Origin: Neolecta irregularis DAH-3
Taxonomy: Eukaryota
Direction: 5' to 3'
Assembly: GCA_001929475.1 (NCBI GenBank)
Contig: LXFE01000211.1
Span: forward strand, 1-64,000
Length of the DNA: 64,000 nt
Below are positions 54,600-64,000 of this stretch, one piece after another (positions within the stretch are counted from its first letter, which is position 1; the number at the start of each line of letters is the position of its first letter). Below the pieces are notes generated by a model. The model was given only the letters and a program-made list of their open reading frames with translations. It searched no databases and was not told the origin of the DNA. The translations under genes were made by a program, and so were the position numbers.

Positions 54600-56449
54600 T
54601 TAGCCCTGCACTTGCATCGCGATATCATCACCGTTGTTTCGCCCGTCTTCCTGAGAAACCGCATGCGTAAAAGCAGCGTCATCTTCATCAATCATCATAT
54701 CAAAAATTCCAGAATCATCAGAATCCAATTGGGTTCCTCTACCTGGAAGAGGGACATATTCCTTAAGATCAGTTACAGAACTAGAATAACAGCATACATC
54801 CTCTGTGGCACGAGAATATATCTCACCAGAAAGATTACTAGGTCGATAAGCCTTGACTCGTCTTTGAGTTTTGAGATCCTTCCGGTTAGCTTAGACCCAA
54901 GCCCTTGGGATTAGTGAGAATATACCAAGGGATTTTCCACATATTCAGGATTCACCCTATAGAGACTATCATTCTTCTCTACTCGTCCAGCTCGAAAGTT
55001 TCTCTGTAATCCCTGATTCGCACTAGCCCTGAATTTTGGTTGTAGAGGATATCGCTTTGCCATCCAATCGAAGATTTCTTTCGGTAACATTCCCAAGGGT
55101 CGCTCCTGAACATTTTCACGAAGTGAAACCATCACCATTTCATCGTAACTGGGGAGCTCGTCAGCCCCTGATGTACTTCCATCTTCTGCAACTGCAGCAG
55201 GGGCAGGGACTGGAGTTCCGGGCATTGGTAGCTCAGCCATGATTCGCGCTCGAGCTGCTTCCTCTTCATCTTGTCGAGCCTGGGCTTCTGCTTTTTGGCG
55301 GTGCATGTCGTCGAGAATCTCAACGACATTTGGGGCGTAAAATTTCAGATCCGGGTACTGTCTTTCACAGAATAAGAGCAGCTCGACGAGATGGGACGAA
55401 GGAAGACAGGCTAGATAAGTTTTTTTCTAAATTCAACTGATTATCCTGTGAGGGTCGCATACCTGTTCTTCAGTGAGATCCTTTCCATTTGCTCCAGTGA
55501 CCAAAGGTTGTTGAGCCCGTTTACTCTCGCAAGTTGAGCAGAACCATTCTGTATCTTCTAAATCGATGATCATCTCGGGAATCGGTGGATCATGACAAAG
55601 TTGGTGGTAAGGCGAATCACAACCATCACAAAAGACGATTCTGTTCGATTTGGGAGAGTGCTCTCGTTGACAGACAATACATATATGAACGTTTCGTTGT
55701 AATTTCGTCCATTGATTGCCGCTTTTTCGACGAGCCGCTGCAAGATTAAATAAACAAAATGCGGAGCAAAGTTACTTCGTTCTTTAGCAGTGGGGTTGAA
55801 CTGGTTTGGTCTATGAATCTCTCGGCCCGATTTCGTTCGAGTTCCATCGATCGCAAGGTAGTCGAGTTCATCGTCGCTGTACTCCTATGCATTAGCGCGA
55901 TGTCTGTTTAAATTACGTACTTCTTCCTTTTTTTGTTTCTTCTTAGACGGTTGTTTGCTTCGACCTGTATTATTAGATTAATCTAAAAAGCGAAACCAAC
56001 GCTTTGAAATTCCTATAATTTGCAAGGTGGCACCTGTTGGTGAAGCTGAATTTTGAGGTGGCGGCATCATCGGAAGACCAGGATCCGTAGCGGGTATGAC
56101 CATATGATTCCCCATATGAACGTTTTGTAAATCTTGGATCGCATTCTGTGCAAAGCTTCGGACCGCAGCATCGATGTGCTGACCGGCCTTCCAAAGTCAG
56201 GTATAGGGACAACAAAATTCACATACCCAATGCCCATTCTAAAAGCAGTTAGAATATATGGAAATGCTAAAGAATACTCACTACTCCCTGTTCGCCTGGA
56301 TGCCCTTGTTGCTGAAGTTGCTGTCCGGGTTGACTGGTAGAGGAGGAGTAGAATATGTTTTGGGGCTGTTGCTGCTGATATTGGTTTGGGAGTCCATTTT
56401 GTTGGAAATTATATCTAGAGCCTGTATGGTTGTAGAAAGGATTTGACAT
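54600..56449 (-). CDS. PHD-finger chromatin protein (Phf1/Phf2-like) with C-terminal winged-helix/H15-like segment, about 9 exons
   Basis: CIVCQREHSPKSNRIVFCDGCDSPYHQLCHDPPI...WFCSTC; RTKSGREIHRP; downstream YLACLPSSHLVELLLFCE block. Confidence 0.82.
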
Positions 56450-57279
56450 GATGTTTGAGCTTCGGCGCGACTATGAGTCTGGCGTTTTGGCTGCGTACTG
56501 GCTTGGGAGGCAGATGGTGAGTTTGGTGGAGCTTTTGGTTGCCGAGGCTTGGCAATTCCGAAATTGTGACTTCATTTCATCTCATATCTTTCCGCCATGT
56601 TCATTTGAACTAATACGACTGGTTGTTCATTAAAAGAGAGGATTGGCCGTTAGAGCTTGGACCAGGAGTTTAACGGGATTATGTCTCGAGTCGTAGAACA
56701 AAATTGCATGTTTGAGAGACATTGTCGCAATATTGTGCGTGAGTTTATTAGAAACCGATAGATTCGCGAGGAAAGTTAAATGTCAGTTCTTTGATTCTTG
56801 TCAATGAGCAAAGCTTTAGCCGTTTGCAGATGCTGTCTGCGGAAGATCATTGGACCACAACTTGGATATTAGCCGTATTTCTTCGTCTCTAGATAACCCT
56901 TGCGCCCTAAGTACTTGCCCTTAACGTTCTTTTTCAGCAAGGTTAGCCTCAGGTTGCTAATACTTATTCGGCAAATACATGTACCACGGCATGAGCAATG
57001 AACCAAGTCTGCATACCTTTCTAGGTTTGCAGGTCATCAAGTTTTATTTAAAGATACCATATTGCTTACTGAGTGATTATTATCGACAAAGACTAAATTC
57101 TCATCGCTTGTGACTTTTTGAAGCGCCTTATTATTCCCTGGTCATCTGTTTGGTCCTAGACATACTGTCGCAGATTTTAGCCGCCACTGCCCGTCCAAGA
57201 CCACACTTGGGATCTGCTATTAAAGTACCTCCTGCCCCATTTTTCCTCATCTTATCATCTCAGCAATCCTCTATTAGTC

Positions 57280-58998
57280 ATGTCCTCTTCAACTGAATTT
57301 GTCGGTGCGATCGACCAAGGAACCACTAGCACGCGATTCCTCATATTCGATAAAACAGGTGTACCCGTAGCTAGCCATCAAATCGAGTTTGACCAAATTT
57401 ACCCCAAGCCAGGGTACATCTTTTTCATTCGCGCAACTTACATTTACAGATGGATGGAGCACGACCCCGTCGAAATTCTCGATACTGTCAAGACGTGTAT
57501 CTCGAAAGCTTGCGAGCAATTTATCAAAGCAGGTAAAAGGACACCTATTTAAGACAACACTCTTATTCGAAAGGAAATGAAATCTCGTTTATCAAGGCAA
57601 TCGGTATCACAAATCAACGAGAAACCACTGTTGTGTGGAATACAAAAACTGGAAAGCCACTTCATAACGCGATCGTCTGGTCTGATGCACGAACAACCCA
57701 TACAGTGGCCGTTCTCAAAGCCAAACCCGGTGCGGACCAAGTTCAAGAAAAGACCGGGTTACCCATCAGTACTTATTTTGCCGGCGTGAAACTTCGATGG
57801 CTATTGGATAATGTGAAGGAAGTCCAAGCTGCCGCAGATGAAGGCATCCTTGCTTTCGGGACAATCGATTCTTGGCTTCTCTATAACCTTACTGGTGGGC
57901 CCAACGGCGGTCTGCATATCACTGATTCGACGAATGGCAGTCGAACCATGTTTCTCAATATTAGAACGCTCGAATATGATCAAAGTTTGATTAAATTCTT
58001 CGGTGTTGAGAAAGTCAAGCTTCCTACTGTCGTCTCAAGTAGCGAAGTTTATGGAAGGATGCCAGATGGCGTTCTTAGAGGTGTTCCTATCGCTGGTTGT
58101 CTTGGCGATCAAAGTGCTGCACTGGTTGGACATTGTGCTTTCAAGCCGGGTGTTGCCAAGAACACATACGGTACTGGTTGTTTCTTACTGTAAGGATTTG
58201 ATTTTGAAAACGTGGCTCAACGTTTAGCTACAATACTGGAGAACAGCCGGTGATCTCGAAGAATGGATTGCTCACCACCGTTGCATATAGGTTCAAAGGT
58301 CAGAAACCTGTATATGCACTTGAAGGTACCCTTAAACTAATGGTCTATCGGTTCACATCCAGGGTCGATCGCTGTCGCCGGAAGTGCAGTTAAATGGCTC
58401 CGAGATGGTCTTGGCTTGATCAAAGAAGCTGGAGAAACTGGCGAATTGGCGGCCAAAGTCGAAGACTCCGCTGGTGTGGTCTTTGTAACCGCATTTTCAG
58501 GTCTTTTTGCTCCCTACTGGAAAGATGATGCTCGAGGAACGATTGTTGGAATCACACAATATACCAAAAAAGAGCACATTGTCCGCGCAACCCTTGAAGC
58601 CACATGCTTTCAGACAAAAGCAATTCTGGATGCTATGAACAAAGACTCTGGAAACCCGCTTACTGAATTGAAAGTTGATGGCGGTATGACGGACAATGAT
58701 GTGTGTATGCAGTTGCAGTCGGACATCTTGGGTATCGAGGTTGACCGACCGCAGATGAGAGAGGTCACTGCCCTGGGTATAGCGCACTAGGATACTATAT
58801 GTTGATATGCTAGGTTCTGCTATTGCAGCTGGGTTGGCAGTGGGTGTCTGGAAGTCCTTCGACGAACTAAAGGTGATAAATACCCAAGGACGAACCCGGT
58901 TTAAACCAAGTATCACTGAGGAAGCCCGAGCTTCTAGATTCAAATTGTGGGAAAGGGCTGTGGAGCGTGCTGTAGGATGGCAAGTTCCTCAAGAGTAA
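57280..58998 (+). CDS. GUT1: Glycerol kinase, 6 exons
   Basis: [54 protein letters not shown]. Confidence 0.97.
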
Positions 58999-59077
58999 AG
59001 TTGAAACAAGACTATGCCATATACTGATGCGCTTGTAAGATACCTGATACATATACCAATGAAAACCCTGTCTAAAT

Positions 59078-59946
59078 CTAAAAACAGAAATAACCAATCG
59101 CCCCAAGTAAAGACAACGCCATGCCAAACCACCACAATGTATCACGGTAGAAAACAGCAACCCTTTGTATAGCATCGATCTCGTCAACAACAAGACGAGG
59201 TACATGAGATCGTTTTCGCTGGGGGGTACAACTTTCACTAAATGGAGTTGTAGGTAACATCCTCGGCGGGCGATATGCTATGCAAATGTTTGCAAAAGAA
59301 TACGAAATAAGGAATACCAAGGTACATAGGCGGTAGAACTGCTCCATCCCAGTGAGCCAAGCTTAGCTTATACTCTCCATGATAATTGTCAATTGATGTC
59401 GACCATCTCTATACCAAGTCAAAGAAAAGTCGACGGGCCAGCAGACCATACCTTGAAAGTTTGCGTGGAGTTATACCTGGTATACGAGCCTTTACTAGCT
59501 ATGCATGGATCGGAGATAAGCTGTCTGCCATCGCATGGAAACGGTAAGAGTACTAACGATCCGTTCATTTCAAATGTATAGGTTCCATGCTGCCATTGGA
59601 TTATTCCCACTGGACAACTAGGCGTTGAACCTATTCAGTTTCAATACCCGGAGTGTTAATCGGGACAAACCGTTTGTAGAAATCCTATAGAAAGCAGACT
59701 CGAAATAGCTGTCTTCTGTAAAACTGATACTATATCCCCGAAGTCTTGGTTCATAAAGTTTCTCTTCTGAGGGCGAGTAGAAGTCCTTTACATCAGTCTC
59801 TCGGGCGCGGGCGATAAGTCGCCTACAGGGCCTGTCATTACTGCACGACTTTTGGTTGTCCAAGTTCCTGTTATTGAAGTAATATTGTCTGCTCTAGACA
59901 GGATGGAAAGTATCGAGAACGCAAAGATCATGTTGCGTAAGAACAT
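59078..59946 (-). CDS. ROT1: ER chaperone Rot1, 5 exons
   Basis: Signal peptide, GTWTTKSRAVMTGP|DFY, QWQHGTY, DGRQLISDPC, LAYRPPRMLPT, C-terminal TM (LWWFGMALSLLG). Confidence 0.92.
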
Positions 59947-61892
59947 TGGACCAAGAGCTGGTGAGGATGTTAATAGGTTGAACAAGGATTCATGCAATAG
60001 AAACCGGAAATAACTGCAGAGTTCGAAACTGCAATAAGAATCAGACAGAATTAGGAAACAGGGGAAGTAGATCGTAATTGATGGAAATGAGCACGATTTG
60101 ATGATACCAAACTCCATACCACGCGATTCCCGAGACGAGGTCAAGTTCAACGATGCAATTCGCTCGCCCCATTAGATAGAAGGAATAAGAAAATCGTGCT
60201 AGATAAGGCTAAACTTAAAGCTCACGAGGGATGTCCAGTGTGGCCACCCGCCTGCCCGTCGGCGACCTTCCGACCACACTGGGGATGTCTCACAAAGTCG
60301 TTATTGAAGGCCGAATCTAAAGTCTTAGAACGATTCTCAGATGTAGTCGTAATGCAGCATCTTATGAAACAGCGACATTGTAGATATTAGTTATGATTTG
60401 CAGTCCATATCACTGTATGCAAGGTCATAGTCAACTTTTTCCTCGGAGTAATGAAATTATGCAATCATAACAAGAGCAATTTCCTCAGTTCTCTCGTGTA
60501 ACATTTCCTTTTGTGGAAAATTACGTAGGTGGATATTTGAGGCTATTTGTGCCCACAAGTTGTCTAATCCCATGACTATCTCGTCTATATAGCCCTCAAA
60601 CTTAGATTGTCCCTCATTATTTTCCCTTTTGAACGGCTATGATTTACGGATCAGACAAGAGAATCCAGAAATCCTACTCATCGACGAAACAAACAAGACA
60701 AAAAACAAATCACAAGACCGATGAAATGTCTCATTGTAGCCCAATTATGCCAAACAGAAGATTAATAGGGGGCAGGTTTTTGAGCAGAAACCTCAATCAC
60801 TCAGTTTGTCAAAATGTCCTACAGGATATCTCGAATAAGATATAACGATCTGCTAGATGGGCCATATGGGTCATATGGATTGTTAGCGTATTGTAAAATC
60901 ATGTTTGATTAGTGTCAAAAATCAGCCAATAGAAATTCCGACAATTATATGTTGCATTTGAAATTGTCTACTAAATATCCTACCTAATTGACGCACGAGG
61001 TGACAGAATGATTACAAATTTGCAAATATGTTTTTCTTACAATGGTTTTCCATACTATATATTCTACTTTGAACTGCCTATCCAATTTAGTGTGTTATAA
61101 TAGCTCCCTTTACCAGCAGATAAGAGAATAGGGTGAGCGTGTTTTCAATGTGTAGGAAGAAATCTAATTAAATGATATCAGTCATTGATAAAACTATTGA
61201 ATCCACATCATTCATTAAGAATACAATTAACCTCAGAATCGGCTTCGAGTCTACTTGTGTCATAATTTTCACTGAATCATGATAAATTGCGCTGATAATA
61301 TTTCAGAGTGATCTATGAACCACCAATCATGTAGAAGGATCAATGTTACAGAGGAGAGGTGACTATGTGGCAGTGAGTCGTCACTTACAAGATGACGGCC
61401 ACCGTCCACATGATGCTAATTATATACAAGCGCCTAGTGCTTGGGCTATGCATCCCTCTTCCACCGGGATATGATTGTACCTCTCCTTCACACTATCCAG
61501 ACCTGCTCCAGGAGGGAGTCTCCGTTACAATCAATGCCTATAAATAAAAGTCAAATGAGACTAGTAGAACGACAAAGATGTCAAATGTGGATGTGCGATC
61601 GGTACTATCCGGTTCTTGGAGTGATGATGTACAGGTTTTGTGTCCCTCCATCACCTGATGACCATTGTACATATTAAGATTGAGAAAAGATATGAGGCAC
61701 ACTGGTGAGTGAATCGTCAGTTGTGTGGTGTTGGGAGGATTACGTGAAGCGAAAATGTGAATGCAACTGTGATTAACGTCTTCTATACAAGCAGTATGGA
61801 ATGAAAAAACGTACAATTGATGCCGAAAATGCTTGTCGTGCCACAATCAGTAGCAGCACAGAATATAGAAAGTCTGAATTATTGAGATATCA

Positions 61893-63251
61893 TTATTCCT
61901 TCAAATCAGCGTTCGCTAATGTCGTTCTTTTTGGTCCCATAGGAATTGCCTTGCGGATATTTGATCGGAGATCCAGAGCAGCATTGGCATTCGAGACCTA
62001 TAAATGATTAAACAAACGTCACAGAATGACAAGTCTTGCCTTGATTGCAAGATGGACCGGTTTACCCTCTTCAAGAACAACAAGACGAGTGAATTTATCC
62101 CCTAGGTCATTCGCACCAGAAAGTTTATTGTTATCATCAAGCGTCATACCCGCAAAGAGCGGTGTATTCAGAATGACACGAAAGACGGCATCTGTTCTCA
62201 TTACTAATAGCGTTAGTCGCGCTATCAAGTCCGGGGGTATGCCTAGACGTGAAGAAATAATCTCTTTTGTTTTAGGGTTTTCATGAATATTGATTTTGAG
62301 ACTCCCTAAACCGCGTTCCTTCCAGTTTTTGGTGTCATCGAGAATAAATAACTTTGCACGAACGCTAAACAGCGTTGTTTCGTCTTCTTCACCTGTTCGA
62401 ACTTGAAATTAGCCGGGACAGGTTTGTGAATGGATTACCTTTCTGTTCCTCGAGTGGCTTCGTTACCTGCATATATTGATCTGCGCTATTTGTCCGTGTA
62501 TCGTTTTCATTCTTCTGTAGTAACATATCACCAAATTGATCTTTACGTTCTTCATTCCCCTCATCATCTTCGATAGATTGATCTTCGTTCTCGGCATCTT
62601 TGTCGTCGCAAGTTGGTGAAGTTTCCCCCTCCTTCCGTCTCTTTTTCTGCGGGGACTTGAACTTGCGAAAGTTGGGCATATCTGTGCTTTTAAAGGCTCC
62701 AAACCCGCCAGAAGAGTTGGTGAAGGCATCTTTTTTCACTTCTTCATCCTTTTTTATGGCTGCAAAAGGGGAGGCTCCCATTGGTCTCGATACCGCACTG
62801 AAGGGTGAGACCCCCAATCCAGAGGTACGGAATGGCGAGGGACTTGATGTGACAGCAGGAACCACAGTCTAAATCACCAGATCAGAGAACTCTGTATAGA
62901 AAAGACGCATACAGGCTTCATATGCTGTTCTGGTTCTGGGGTTTCTTCTTTGGTATCATTTTGATCATCGGCTTCGTGTGAATATTCATTGTCATTCTTC
63001 TCTGTTGACTCGTCTTCTTCGCGAGATCTTTTCGCGGGTATTTTGACTTCATCCAGGTCCTCTGGCTTCTGGCCGTCTAAATTTGTCTCTCTCAGCTTCT
63101 GCTGCATTTTTCTTTCTTCACAGTCGGCATCGGGTAGATCTGTTTCTGTCTTTGCTTTTTCGACGCCTATAGTTTTGGAGCTTGTCACTGCAGGTGCAGA
63201 TTTCACAGTCCGTTCGAGCTGTGAGGACGGTTGTTCTGTATCTGAGGGCAT
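61893..63251 (-). CDS. YRB2: RanBD-domain nuclear transport factor (Yrb2/Hba1/RanBP3-like), 5 exons
   Basis: SPF/FG-like motifs, VRTGEEDETTLFSVRAKLF, WKERGLGSLKIN, SRLVMRTDAVFRVILN. Confidence 0.82.
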
Positions 63252-63443
63252 TGGAGATGGAGATCCTCTTTTGGGACAAGCGTGTAGTGTTTCGTGAATG
63301 GCGGACCTGGAACAGGCTCGACGCAATTACACAGCCCAACAAACAGGGCGGGTTGTCAATTTCGGGAACCACTAAATGCATCCACCAATCTTGGGTTGTT
63401 GAATGGCACATACAACGCAAACCAGAAACATCAATGCTGTGTT

Positions 63444-64000
63444 TTATTTCAGAAGCCGCGTGTTGAGACTCTCTGCCAGTTCCGCCAACTGTAGTCCTTT
63501 TCCAATAAGAACAAGCTTTCCCTGTTCCCCCGGCAGACATTGTCCCGCGGATTGCATGTCATACATGTCCCGTACGCCTTGAACAATCCATTGCTGGGCA
63601 TCTTCAGCAGCTACAACTCGCCCTTTCAGCCGGTGCACTTGAGTGACAAAGGGCGTCCCGGGGATAATATTCTCCCACAGAAGAACCTGGATCCATTCCA
63701 CAAGCTGCCTACGCCCTTGCAGTGATAGAGGCGGCAGCGGTAGCGCTACTGTGGATATTCTCTGCTCAGCGTTAACCCGCAATCCCTGAACTGGGGGATT
63801 CTCACGGCGTCAAGATGAGAAAACCCCCGGTCAACAAACGGCTCCATTGCGGTCTGCGAGTCGAAAGCATGCAGATTTAGTATAGATCTTAGATCGTCGA
63901 TGTGGCCTCGTACTGTGGGTATTGTTCTAGAAACGCCGTTAACCGCACATACCCGAGCTTTGATCTGCGAGAGCTGTGTTTCAGAGACTAAATCGATCTT
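63444..64000 (-). CDS. ZNG1: CobW/G3E zinc-chaperone GTPase, C-terminal part (runs off window)
   Basis: LLWE...VHRLKG...IVQGVRDMYD...KLVLIGKGL is the CobW_C domain pattern. Confidence 0.85.

Overview
Gene-dense eukaryotic DNA from an ascomycete fungus, with about 28 protein-coding genes in 64 kb and many very short introns (mostly 34-50 nt). Gene content and compactness suggest an early-diverging lineage such as Taphrinomycotina (inference only). Most genes are housekeeping: Ran1/Pat1-, Kin4- and Psk1/S6K-like kinases, DUS3, AMD1, MNL1, ILV2, GAL1, an SR protein, MFS and CSC1/OSCA membrane proteins, cyclin T/K, an aquaglyceroporin, TML dioxygenase, MSP1, KES1, a MutL homologue, MET10, MGS1, a PHD protein, GUT1, ROT1, YRB2 and a partial ZNG1. 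The most striking signal is in splicing. Manual reconstruction finds at least 15 GC-AG introns among roughly 150 (about 10%), all 15 starting GCA, together with degenerate GT donors, frequent AAG/GAG acceptors and 6-19 nt micro-exons. Accessory DNA includes a 573-bp long-TIR MITE just upstream of the aquaglyceroporin. It interrupts a segment that is also present, uninterrupted, at about 27.5 kb, next to a PDX2/SNO1 pseudogene fragment. All gene models were built by eye, so exact exon boundaries need RNA-seq confirmation.
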